DNA of 64,000 nt from Klebsormidium nitens. Its lineage: Eukaryota; Plantae; Klebsormidiophyceae. The stretch covers positions 310,001 to 374,000 of the forward strand of contig DF236965.1 in assembly GCA_000708835.1 (NCBI GenBank), in the 5' to 3' direction. The notes below the pieces were generated by a model. That model did not search any database and was not told the origin of the DNA. It worked only from the letters and a program-made list of their open reading frames with translations. Positions 22,463 to 34,263 of this stretch are shown piece after piece. The stretch's first letter is position 1; each line of letters opens with the position of its first letter. Position numbers and translations under genes: made by a program.

Positions 22463-25400
22463 ATGAGTTGGATATTTGGGAAGAAGAAGACTCCTCAGGA
22501 GCTCCTGAGGGAGAATAAGCGCATGCTCGACCGGTCCATTCGGGAGTTGGACAGGGAGAGGGCAAGTCTTCAAACGCAGGAAAAGAAGTTGATAGCAGAG
22601 ATCAAGAAGACAGCAAAGCAGAATCAGATGGTAAGTTTGGTTTCACCAATGGATTGTCCGGAGTTATATCTTCTTCAACAGAGCGTTTGTCAATTTGCCA
22701 AATTGGGAGCACTCCTCGACGGCAGCTGGATATGATTCTTCTGTCAAAGTCACGCATCATTGAATAAACCCCTGAAAAAGTTTTTCAGCCTTGTTGCCTC
22801 AAAAGGCTTGTTGGAGTCCAGTTTTCTACACCTGTCACTCTTGGAGCCGCAAATGAGTAACCGTTAAGAGCCAGGCTTGTATGTGAACCTTGTTTGAGTA
22901 TGATGCATGCACTGGTTGCTTTGAAGGCTGTAAAGATTTGATCCACTGGAAAGAGGCAGATATGCCTTATAGACATTGGCAATTCAGACACTGCCCTTGG
23001 TGCGATTCTGCTTTGTTGACCCGAAAGGAATACCGGAATGTGCCAAGATCAGAGAAGCACTCTGTGATCGCGAATCTGCTTTCTTCAAACAAGTGTTGCA
23101 AAACATTTTGTAGATGCTGCAACGGCTCAAAAACCCTAACCTTGGTCAGCACTTTGTCCCTTTCATTGGTCTTGGTTCTAAACACGTATTGTTCAGCTCC
23201 CTACTTAGCTTGCTTCAGTTTCTTTACAAGTCACTGTCAGAGCAGATTGAGTCTTACTTCATGTGCCTATCGTCCTGACGTCCGTAAATCACAAGGTTTT
23301 CAGGATGTGATAGCTCACAGAAGAACTTGCAAATCACCAAAAGAAACAGTGAACAGTGACAGAGGGAGTGGCAGCTGGCCGCAAAGCTACGGCACCGTCC
23401 GAGGCTAATCTTGTTGTTCCATCAGCCCCGTAGAGAAACCTTTTCTGGGCCATGTTTTGAGTCAACTTACATGAACACCGTCGAGAGTCTGTCCTTGGCA
23501 TTTGATACAAGTGCAATGCTCCATATCAGCTGATCAACTTCCAACTTGAGAGTCTGTCCTTGGCATTTCATACAAGTGCAATGCTCCATATTAGTTGACT
23601 AACTTCCAACCTTCTTTCGGTGGGCCCCAAAACCAGGCAGTCTTACATCGTTTCATATTCACAAACTCTCTTAAGGCTGCACGATGGATGACGAACTTTG
23701 CACTGATTCTAGCTCGCAAGCGGGCTCACTTCAGACGTTGCCAACCTTTGCAGGGGGCAGTGAGGGTTATGGCGAAGGACCTCATAAGGACGCGGCACCA
23801 AATCACCAAGTTCTACGGGCTGAAGTCGCAATTGCAGGGCATCTCTCTGAGGATACAAGTAAGGAACACTTCTGCGCCCTCAGCCTTTGCCGCTGCTCCT
23901 TGGTGATGCCTCTCTCTCGAAAAGACTTGAAAGATGCGGAATTGCGCGAATCGTACCAACAGATGTATGGAATGTGATTCAGCCAGCATTGGCAGCTGAA
24001 GGCTTGTGTCCTGGCCACACTTTGCCTGTGCTTCAGAGTTCGCTGGTCTGGTTTTTAGCGTTGACGAATGTCCTTGAGTGTGAAATTTCTCTAGCTTTGT
24101 ACTAAAAGTGTTTTTCCTTCTCTGCAGACACTGAAGTCAACACAGGCCATGGCAGACGCAATGAAGGGTGTCACGAAGGTGAGGCGTAAAGTCTGCCATG
24201 TCTTTTGTGCTTATCCTTGATCTAGCAGGACACATACATAGCTATCAGTGTTGGATTTAAGGAACCTTTGATATATATGTGAAGCCGTTTTGCACCTAGG
24301 AAGCTGAAATTACTAACTTCCTGGAGACTTATTGCACTAGAACCAGTATGTAGAAGGTGACGGCAGGACAGAGGAGCGTTTCTTCTTTTCTGCCCTCGAG
24401 AGTATTGTGGGTTGAATTCACAAAACGAAGGCAAAGCAACGTGCAATTGCTGTTTATGACATCATATGCTTTGCCGTTGTTATCTGTAGCACATTGCGTA
24501 TCTCGCAAATGCATGATAGCAGACACCCGATGAAACGTGCAAAAAGTTTTTCGAGGCGCTTTGATACAACTGCGGACTTCTTCTGGTATGCAGGCCATGG
24601 CGCAAATGAACAAGCAGCTGAATTTGCCCGCCCTTCAGAATATCATGAGGGAGTTTGAGAAGCAGAACGAGAGGATGGAAATGACAACCGAGGTGAGCGC
24701 TTCCGCAATTCTCTGTGTCTTGCCCGCAGGTTAGGAAGCACCTTAAGTACCCTTAAGCAACGAATTGCGCACGTTTAACCTTGTCGTCCATCGGACACGA
24801 ATTGTGTGGCAGTAAGAAACTCTTCCCTGTTTTGCTGCATGCTGGTGACGAAGGGCTCGTTGATTGAACAAGCTTCCGTTGATACAAACCGACTGAAGTT
24901 TTCCTAGTTTTAGTTTTATATCAGGAGCTTAGAACGCATGTAGCATCGGCTTAAGGCACTGCGTGTTTCACAAGAGCGCCAAACCGGGTCCCATGTGTGG
25001 GGAATAGCAAGCTCCGTTAAGCTTGTCGGCTGGTTTCCAGAAGTTCGTGGTTCCCTCCACATCTTACGTGCGGCACCTCGGCTATGGGCTTCAGATCATG
25101 CTTAAGCAGTCGCAGTCTGTGCCTGCCTGAAGGTTTGAATCCAAGATGCTCCCGAAGATTCATACCCGGACGTGCCACACCGTCCTCCGTCTTGCACTGT
25201 CCATCGTTCGGGCTAGCCAAACAGCGACGGATGTCGCAAGTTGGAGCCTAATTCCTTCCTTCTTTTTGCAGGTGATGGGTGACGCCATGGATGACGTCTT
25301 GGAGGGCGAGGACGAGGAGGAGGAGACGGAGGAGCTCGTCAGCCAGGTGCTCGACGAGATTGGCGTCGACCTGGACTCGCAGGTCAGTTACCAGTTTGAT

Positions 25401-27063
25401 ACCTGTCGCTTTATCGTTTGTCTGGCGTTTGGCTTCTGTAATGTTCTATCATCATTTCTCAGGGTTCATTATTCGGGAGTTATGGCAATCTTTGCGATTG
25501 GTGATGTTTCAATTGTGGAAGGCTGGACGAGTTTGGCGTGGCCCTCTACTCGCAGGTCAGATTCCAGTCCGGTGCCTTCCGCTTCGTCCTTCATTTGCGC
25601 TCCGTCTTTTGGTACCTTCCTGAGGTTTACCGTTTTGGAGTTCGTTACTTCGTCAATTTTCTCGCGTCTTGATTGCTTCGTTAGCAAATTCTGCGATCCA
25701 TGACAAAGACGTCGTCTAACGACCTCTGCGGGTTGGGACAAGGTGGAATTGAAAAGCTTGGACGATTTTTGCGCAAGTTTTGACTGGCAGGTCGGTTTTC
25801 GTCTCACAACGTTCGTTTTAATCTCCTGTTTTTGTCCTCTCCTTTCGGCTCGATCTCCTCGCGTAAAAGAAGCGGAGCGCTCTGTTTGCGGACAGTCGTC
25901 TTCCTCCTTACAAGCTGAATTGGTGGAGGATCTGCGTTTGTTTCGTCTAATGACAACGTTCATAGATGAAGCTGGTGCTTTGTTCCTTGCGAGAACGAAC
26001 CTGGCGGCTTGAGTGCAAGACTCCACTGCCGTTTACGGGCTTAATTTTGTCTGAAAGAAGGACGGTGCAGTTTGGTGCCCTCTGTTGGGACCACGAGTCG
26101 CTTCAGCCTCGATGCCGTTCCAAATGATAGCCCACGAAAGCACACCGCAAGAGCTCTGCACAGCACTGACGTCAGCCTTCTCTTTGCAGCTCGTGAGTGC
26201 TCCCGCCAACGCCGCAAAGGTGCAACAACCCGCTGCCGCGACGAAGCAGGCGCAACAAGCGGCGGCGGAAACGGCGGGCGGGGCGGATCCGGGAATCGAT
26301 GACGACTTGCAGGTCAGCTTTCATTCTGTTATTACCGATGCTTTTTCTGGTTAGATAACAGAGATTGTGCTCAAGCTCCCAAGCTCTCTCAAGTGACCAG
26401 GTTCATACCGTACGTAAGCGCAGGAGTGCGTCTTTGATGCATCTCATGGTCGAAAGCGTGTCTTCAATTGGAGTGCTCTTTTGTTTCTTTCTTCAACAAT
26501 ACTTTCTGTTATCTTCTGAGGCTGCGCCTTGTGCTTTCGCAAGAAGAAGCGATAGGACATGGCCTTTTGCACCAGACATGTAAATCTGGCTTCTATGCTT
26601 GTCAGCGTCTGTGCTAGGGAGTCCCAGGTGTTCTTGGTCAGAGGCGACTGGCACCATGCTTTCACAGGTTATTAAACAGCGCAATCTGCCTTTTCCGGGA
26701 GGTCATTCTGCCTTTTCCGGGAGTGCTGCTCTCAGAAACTCACCTCACAGATTCCGTCAAAGATTCGAGTACCTTCTTCTGATCCCGGGTCCTGTGAGGT
26801 GTTCGATAGTCTCTCCGTCCCAGGTCTCTTGCCCCTCTCAGATAAAGGCAAGAGCCATTTTGTCAGCCGCTCGCCTGAAAATCTGGTAATAAACAAGTGT
26901 GTCTACTGGCTCTAGCTTTGAGATGCCAATTCCCGCTTCTCTCGTTTGGGGGGAAGAGGGGTGGCTAACATTGCAACATTTAGAGCCGCCCCTTGACGAT
27001 CTGTAGAAAGCTCATTTTTGTCTTTGCGTGCAGGCCCGATTAGATAACCTGAGGCGGATGTAA
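22463..27063 (+). CDS. VPS2: ESCRT-III subunit VPS2/CHMP2 (7 exons: 22463-22630, ~23754-23858, 24129-24179, ~24594-24691, 25272-25383, ~26190-26312, 27034-27063)
   Basis: MSWIFGKKKTPQELLRENKRMLDRSIRELDRER...|GAVRVMAKDLIRTRHQITKFYGLKSQLQGISLRIQ|TLKSTQAMADAMKGVTK|AMAQMNKQLNLPALQNIMREFEKQNERMEMTTE|VMGDAMDDVLE...|...DDDLQ|ARLDNLRRM*, ending in the MIM1-type tail. Confidence 0.93.
23483..23611. repeat. 65-bp direct tandem duplication in VPS2 intron 1
   Basis: gagagtctgtccttggcattt.atacaagtgcaatgctccatat... occurs at 23483 and 23548. Confidence 0.9.
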
Positions 27064-28636
27064 TCTTGCTTTCGACCTGGTCAACGACCTTTCTTCTAGA
27101 TTTTAGGAGACATTCCAGCCGCACAATATATGTACAGAAGACTTGCAATGTCGGGCGCCTGATTGCTTATATTTGGACTTTGGTTTGCCTCTGGCAACTT
27201 CTATCCGTTCTGTGCGAGATGCAACTCGGATGATTGAATTTACGAATGGCAGAGCCGGAAGCATTCTCACCACTTGCGGTCCCCAAGATGGCAAGCATGA
27301 TTCTGTTTGAAGAACAAGTCAGACACTTGTTCCGTCTTCCATGCTTCAATACGAAATAGCTCTCAGATAAAAGGCATGGTGATTATAATATACCATGACA
27401 ATCATGAATAATCCACATGCCAAGAAGCAGAAATGGACGCTGACATGCTACCTCAAAGCGGCATCCAATACCTTGAAAGGTCCTGCAAACTTATTTCACT
27501 GTAGCTAGTTATCTACTAGGTACTAGCACTGGCTTTGCCTTTGCCTGAAACTGGCCAACAACATGCGCGCAGTGCGTTCTCTGGCAAGCAGAGGAACTCT
27601 GCCATGCAGCCAGGAAACGCGTGCAAAAAGACCTGTCGCAAGCGCCCGCCTTCAACGGTCATGCATGAACAAATATGCTATAAGAGTCCAGCTAACGGTA
27701 GTAGCCAGGCTGTGTGTAATCGTTTTCCTATTGACAGACCTCGACTTTCCTCCCGAGCGGTTTAGCGGTGAGGTAAGCCTCGCTTGGGGATGGCCGCTCG
27801 CTTCCGAGTCCTCATCCAACCCTCGAACTTCTTCGCAACTATTATGCCAGCTGTGATCCCCGGCTTCTCCACAAAGTCATGGGCGGGGTAGGCCATAAGA
27901 AAAATTACTGTAGGATATACAAATCGAGGGGATTCGTCGGTGCTATGAAGTTTGTGACGAAGCACAGTCCCAGTGGGTGCAAGAGATACATGCTGCAGCT
28001 GAGGTCGCCCGTGATTCAAAACAGCGGTTTCGAACTAGCTCATCACTCGAGCCCATGATCCTGCAAGCATGCGAGAAAAGTTCCGATCTTGCTGAACAAG
28101 CCGGACTGCTGCAAGTATGGAGGTACTTTGAGCCGTGGACAACTGGTCAAATTAAAGTCTCCTTGCACTTTGCACCGTTGTTTTCCGCACTCGCATGAGA
28201 AATCGTACCTTTGTTTTCCGCACTCACATAAGAATACGAACAACCCGCAATTTTCAATGGAGCTTATTCAAAATATGGTAAGTTATGAAGAGTTCCTTAT
28301 GCGGCCTGCCAGCTTTTCTAAGAAAGACTGGTTCTATGTAAGGAAGCTCGTATATGCAGTACGGCAGAGCCGCTTCATCGACAAAGTCTACCTAGGCATG
28401 ACGCCTTTGCACTATTTAGCTCATTCACATCTGAGACTCATTCACTTTTGAACGAGCCACGTGGCGCTGCCGGCGTGCCTATCAACACATCTCGAGTCCA
28501 TAATATCTGACCAAGGTCTCGACAAAACTCAATCTGACCTGACTAAGAACTCAACTACGCTCAATCTGACCAAGAACTCAACTACTCTCAATCCGAGCAA
28601 AAACTGGACTACGCTCATTGTGCAAAGAAGTAAACT

Positions 28637-31600
28637 CTAAATCAAGCAGCTAACGTAACCAGCGTCGCTGGAGCAGCGCAGGGAGTGGGAGAAGACCGGT
28701 TCCTCCAACCGGGAGCCTCCCATGAGGCGACGGGTGAGGGACACCAGGCTCGGGGCAGAGAACCGGGAGAACTTGCAGTCGGTGGCCATCAGGTCGGAGG
28801 AGATGTAGTCTGCACATGACAGAAAGTTGTCAGGATAATCGAGCTGGCAAGTCTGAGGCTCGTCAGCTTGGAATCGGCAGCACTTGACGCTCTAGTAATG
28901 ATTCGCCAATTTGAGGAAGGAGTCTGTCATCGTGAACAAGATTATCCGACTGATTTGGTTACTTGATTTGGGCATCAAGTACGAAGGAACGCCCGAAGAC
29001 TGGACGGCTGCGTAAAGCTTACAGCATCAAGCTTATGGCGTTTCTTGCCTGAGCACAGGTCTTCAGCTGATTGTTCAGTTAGGCGGGTTTTTATCAGCTA
29101 GCTGAGCAAATAGAAAATAGACGGCGAGAGAGGAGGATCTCTGTTCATAAATGCCAGATCGATCCGTTATCCCCTTTCTTCACTTTCTCTGCCCCTCTGC
29201 CCCTCTGCCCCTCTGCCCCTCTGCCCCTCTGCCCCTCTGCCCCTTTGTTCTACAAGCGCTAGCCTTTCTGTTTTCTCCCATCTCTTTGCTCCTCCGGAGA
29301 AATTCCAGATGATCGAGATGAAAGGCGACATTCAGGCGTCAAATTGCCTTACCATGGTCGCCACCCTCGACGACGTCCGCCTGGTCCATCTTCAACTCGC
29401 TGCTGCCCGCGACCACGTGGAGACGTTCCGGCTGGAAGGTCTGGCCCAGGATGCCGTGAGCGGAACCTGCGCGGAAAGCGAAACGGAATCACATCAGCAA
29501 GGGGAACGAAAGGAATGGACGATACTGGGAGGTCGTAGTAATTGGCTTAAAGAAGACACAAAATCTGCCTCTCTGATTAAAGGAGTTTCCGCGCCTTTCG
29601 GCGCGCTGACTACATTCAAAGAACGATGACCAGCTCAGCCTAGTAATTCACCTTTGTTCCATTCTACCACACGACTCTCAATGCATTATACAAAACCCTC
29701 GGCTTTCGAGATTATGCTTCGAACTCTCTCCATTCTTCGTCTGTCTCTCAGGACATCGTTCAGAAAGGGCTTACGTACTAGAACTGAATCAATGCTGCCC
29801 ACTCTCAGGACGAGTTTCTCGCAGGGTATCGGATGACGTACTGGTGATGTTCATGACGTCAACGTCAAAGTCGATATGGTGGCCGTCGGGGAACTCGTGC
29901 TCGCTGGCGGTGAGCGTCGTCTGGAAGTGGCCCTTAAGCGTCAGCGTCAGCTTCGCCGTTTCGGACGTCCGCGAAATGGTCACCAGCCCGTCGTCGGACG
30001 TCCACACGTTGCGCCCGCTCGCGGGGAGGCTCACGCGGACGGGAGATGCGTCGTACTCCACGAGGAAGACGTCCGAAACGTTGCTCGCAAAGTCCTCCTC
30101 CTGAGAAAGAAGCGTGCATAGGTTTGAGTTTGAGAACAACGATAGCTTGGCAGAGTGCTGGAATGCTAAATGGAAATAAAGCTTGGGTTTTTTGGAAGGT
30201 TTCAGATTCCAGATCCGGGAAGAAAGACAAGGTGAAGTCTCTCAACCATCTAAACCATCTAAAGAGCCTCGCTCGGAATTTTCGAAAGAGCGTTACTGTA
30301 CTTTACGCCTTTGCTGATAAATGTTTCTGGTAAAGCTAGGAAGCAGTGAGATTGTCGCGCAAGCTGCGGCTAAGACCAAGCCCATGTCTGAACGCCAACA
30401 TTTTCAACACTTACAAGAACGAGGAACGATCGCTTCTCACAGCATTCGGTTTTAGCTTCCCAAGATTGGATGACTTTTCTCATTCGCTTTCATTGTGTGA
30501 GTCCTCAGAGCATCCGGGTTTCAGCTGCGCAAGTTTGGGAGTTTTTCCTCTTTCGTTTGTTTGGAATAAAGTCCAGAACTCACAGAGACGAGGTGGACGG
30601 AGAGGGAGTGCTGCTTGTTTCCGGCGACGAAGACGAAGCCCAGCTGGTCCATCCACGTGCCGTCCATGCCGGTCTCGAGGCCGTTCTGGCCGATGAAGTG
30701 CGCGTTCAGGTGGAACGCCTTGTCGGAGATGAGGCAGAAGGACTTCTCGGGGACACCTGTGGAAGGGCAGATATTGAGAAAGTTTAAAGTTCCCAAAATC
30801 TAGATTTGGAGCTCCACAGAAGTGCAAAGGCACGCAGCGATGTGAAGAAATCAATTCCGGTGACCGGAGGCAGAGGCGTTTCGGCTTCCTCTGGTTGCAT
30901 CGACAAGGGACTCCTGTCAAATTTTGCCGACAAGTCAAGCCTTTTGCAAACGAAGCAAGATGCGGAATTTGGCGACATGCAAGGCTGATCAAAACTCAAC
31001 TTGACTTCGCAGGCAGAGCCGAAGGCTTACCATGGAAGTCGTACCTCACGCCATTGCCTCCAACGAAGTGCTGCACAGCAAGGAGACGGCATCAGATGCA
31101 GTCTGGGCGTGTAGCTCTGTTCTGAGGGCGTGGTCGACGCGGGTCCCTCTTTGAGGGAAGGCTTCTCCTTGCTCTCAAGATTTCTCGAGTCGAGCTGAAG
31201 ATTTCGAAGCGACGTCTGAACGAGTAAGCAGGGCTGGCAAGTCCTAAAGTTTGGCGAGTTTTCAGTCTACAAACCAGCTCAAAATCATTTTTTGTGAACG
31301 CCCATCTGAACCTCTGACACTGGGAGGAGATAGCGAGCTCCTTCAAGCAGAACTCCAGCTGCGCACTTTAGGCTTCAGCTTGGAAAAGGGCTCAAGCCAT
31401 GGATCTCGATCTCATGAAAATGGAGTTCTGATTTCTCAGCTCGACTCAGCACCCACTCGCCCCCAGCACTTCTAGACGCGCCAGACTAGCAGTACACACC
31501 CCCAAAGTGAGTCCTAACATCACACCCCTGCCCTAAGGCTACAATGCCAAGCCCACTGTCTTCTCATCCACCAATAAGCTGCCACGTGTCCCTGCTTACC

Positions 31601-32055
31601 GGGTCCCCGCAACCCCCGGTCCCCTGGGCCAAGGTGCACTTGCACGAGTCCTTCGCCGTCCGCTTCTCTGCCGGGATGGTCGAGTCGCAGACGCACTTGC
31701 CGCTACCGCCATCCTTGCGTCCAGAGGGACACGTCGGCTGCGGCGTGCAGCTCGATGAGGTGGACTTGGAGGTGCACGCCTTGCACGTGCCCCTGCCGTC
31801 GAACAGAGTCCCGGACTTGCACTTGCAAATGTTGGAGGTGCCGAAGAGCCACCCCTTGCTGGAGTCGCACTTGGAGGTGTCCTTTGCTCTTGCCGCCTTG
31901 CAGCTCCCGCGCACGCCGTCGCGGGCCCCGTCGCAGAGGCACTTGCTGGCGCTTGAGTCGAAGAGGCGCCCGAACGAGCACGTGTTTGTGGCCGCCGCGA
32001 TGGTGACAAGCGCAAAGAGTGCACCAGCGAGGAGCGCGGCGCGGGGGGCCGTCAT
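28637..32055 (-). CDS. Secreted Cys-rich root-cap-domain / LEA-related protein, copy B (6 exons, same structure as copy A)
   Basis: MTAPRAALLAGALFALVTIAAATNTCSFGRLFD...GGCGDP|HFVGGNGVRYDFHG|VPEKSFCLISDKAFHLNAHFIG...|EEDFASNVSDVF...|SAHGILGQTFQP...|DYISSDLMATDCKFSRF...GYVSCLI*. No stops or frameshifts seen in the exons. Confidence 0.88.
29189..29244. repeat. (CTGCCCCT)7 microsatellite in the last intron of root-cap copy B
   Basis: Seven perfect 8-bp units. The matching position in copy A (~7520, gaacaaagatgcagagaaa) has no array. Confidence 0.9.
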
Positions 32056-32906
32056 GCTGGCTCCGGGAGGGAGAAGGGGGAGGTATGGAGCTCCCCTTGG
32101 CTGAGTGAGGTTCTGGGATGGAATGGATAGTGGAGCGATGAGGGATTGAAAATGACCTGGAGTCAGTGGCTTTTGTAGGTGTTTGTTTGGACTTGAAGCT
32201 GTGGCCATCAGCAGAGTTTATCGCTTGAGCTGCACCTACTGGAGTACAACCAGTACTGTCACTGTCATCACGTACCCAGCTTCAAATGAGCTGGATTAGA
32301 GTACCCACTGTATCCCACTGTATCTATAGACTAGGTATCATGGTAGTCCGAGTGGGCTGCTCGTGCATAACTTAGCCCGGCGTGTTCGGAAAAGAATGAC
32401 GGAGGCACGCTTCAGATGTTGCTTTCGGTGTAGCCACTCTTGACCGATGGCTTCAGATCGTCAAGAGCCAAATGTGGTCAGTCCCACCACGCTGCTCCAC
32501 TGCTACTGCTACGAGACTACCGTTGGCACGACTACGCGTCCTTGGACCGTGCACAGTCTGTACCCGGCCGGACCGGTACAAACCTTCAGTACTGTGCATA
32601 CGGTAGCTGCTAAGATTGCGCACTCCGGAATAGGTACATTACCTACTTACTGCGTATGTCCTCACCTGGTGACATCGAGCTTGATATGTACCTACTGTTA
32701 CTATTAGGTACCTATACCTAGATTCTAATACCTAGGTAGGTAAGTGCAGATGTATCATGTATCATGTGACTCATGAGTAGGTACGTACCTACCATAGTTT
32801 GGTACCCAATCTCCAACATCATTGCAAAAGCATGGCGAGATGGCGAGAATTCCGGAATCCTTTTAGGTCGTCTCCTTCATCCTAGGTACCTAGTAGGTAC
32901 CGTAGT

Positions 32907-33212
32907 CCGACGTGACGATTCCGAATAGAAAATATTTATTTGCATTCGGAAAGTCAGAAATTCGGATTTCCCTTCCGGAAAGTGAAGATTCGGAAAAGTA
33001 AAATAACTCTGAAATGGGTCTCGGAAGCCGTAAAAACTGCCAAAAACAGCCAAAAACTCCCCTTTCGAGTGAGTCCATAGGGCATTTGGATTTTGGTCAG
33101 AGTCAGCATAAATTGTTCCACTTTCCTAGCTGGTCGGATTGTTGGAAAATTCTTCGATCTAGGTACCTAGGTAGGACGGTCCTAGTCACTACGTTCGGAA
33201 TCATCACGTTGG
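32907..33212. mobile_element. Small inverted-repeat element (MITE-like) with internal TCGGAA repeats
   Basis: ccgacgtgacgattccgaa (32907-32925) versus ttcggaatcatcacgttgg (33194-33212), 17/19 complementary. Interior has repeated ttcggaa/tccggaa motifs. No clear TSD. Confidence 0.5.
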
Positions 33213-33245
33213 TCCCAACTTTATTCGTCAACTTTGTACGTACAG

Positions 33246-33738
33246 GAGAGGGTTCACATTGGACTTTCGATCAATTTTCGCTTTGTTTTGAGATGTACCC
33301 AGATGACGTGTGCTGACGTCGTAACAGCGAGTTCTGAAGTTGGGTTCACATTGGGAAAACTGCTGTCGAATGCATTATCAGTTCCGGGCGGAGACCACGT
33401 GCGATCACGTGGATGTACAGAATGGTACACTTGGTACACTTTGACGTCATAACTTTCGGCCGAACTGCGCAAGAGTGACTCTGAGCCGCTCGATCGCTGA
33501 GTCGGACGTCATAATCGGAAAACATGTTTTCGAAAGGCGGTCGCCGACCGCCTTCGAAAACATGTTTTTCGGAGGTCATTTTGGGTCCAACCTTCGATGC
33601 CGAAAGAATTTTGATGTTTGTAACTTTGACAGTTGGCAAAGCGCGTTCCGGATCATGACGTGTGCTTCCGTCATCGCAGTAACTTCGTGTTTTCAAAGAA
33701 GGATAATCTGGTCCGCAAAGTCCAATGTGAACCCTCTC
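33246..33738. mobile_element. PIF/Harbinger-like MITE, 493 bp
   Basis: Perfect 22-bp TIRs GAGAGGGTTCACATTGGACTTT (33246-33267) and AAAGTCCAATGTGAACCCTCTC (33717-33738), flanked by CAG on both sides (3-bp TSD of CWG type). Internal hairpin gaaaacatgttttcgaaaggcggtcg-c-cgaccgccttcgaaaacatgtttt at ~33518-33570. Confidence 0.72.
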
Positions 33739-34263
33739 CAGGCTGGCAAGGTTGCTGAGCACTGAGCAGTGAGCAGTGGGCGGAACAATCGACGGTTGCT
33801 GCTGCATGCTGATGCGTTCTGCTATACAGGCCGTCGATCAAGATTGCGACAGGTGCTGATGTCGCCTTCCAGCCTCAGGGGCGCTGCATGCAGCTTGGTT
33901 CTGTTCCATGCCGTGACACCTCTGTTGACAAGCTACCTCCTGGTACCCGCTGCGGCGCTGCCACCAGTCACAGGGAAAGAGCATTGCAAGCAGATGCCAG
34001 CAACGCCAATCTGGAATTCTAGGATCGTAGAAACGAAGGGACATGCGGGGCAAGCCGTCGCTTTCAAGAATTTTCTGGAGTCCCTTTCCCTGCACCAATC
34101 TGGTCTTTCAACACCCGAACACTGGGGAAGGGTGTGAAGTATTCTGAATGTGAAGCTTCCTCTCAGCAATTTTGAGCTTCAGCCTTCTCTATCCGTTGTC
34201 TCCAGCAAATTTCCTGCAGTGTAGCTTCCGTAATCGGTCCTCAACCAAGCCGGGCGCAGAGAA

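Larger units (their letters stand above)
28468..32680 (-). repeat. Right arm of the inverted duplication (partner 3715-8195)
   Basis: Reverse-complement match to the copy A gene and its flanks. Confidence 0.88.

Noticed and set aside
27977-28451. Short ORFs between VPS2 and root-cap copy B
   Set aside because: No motif. Part of the apparent structure is a ~33-bp tandem duplication (ttgttttccgcactc)..
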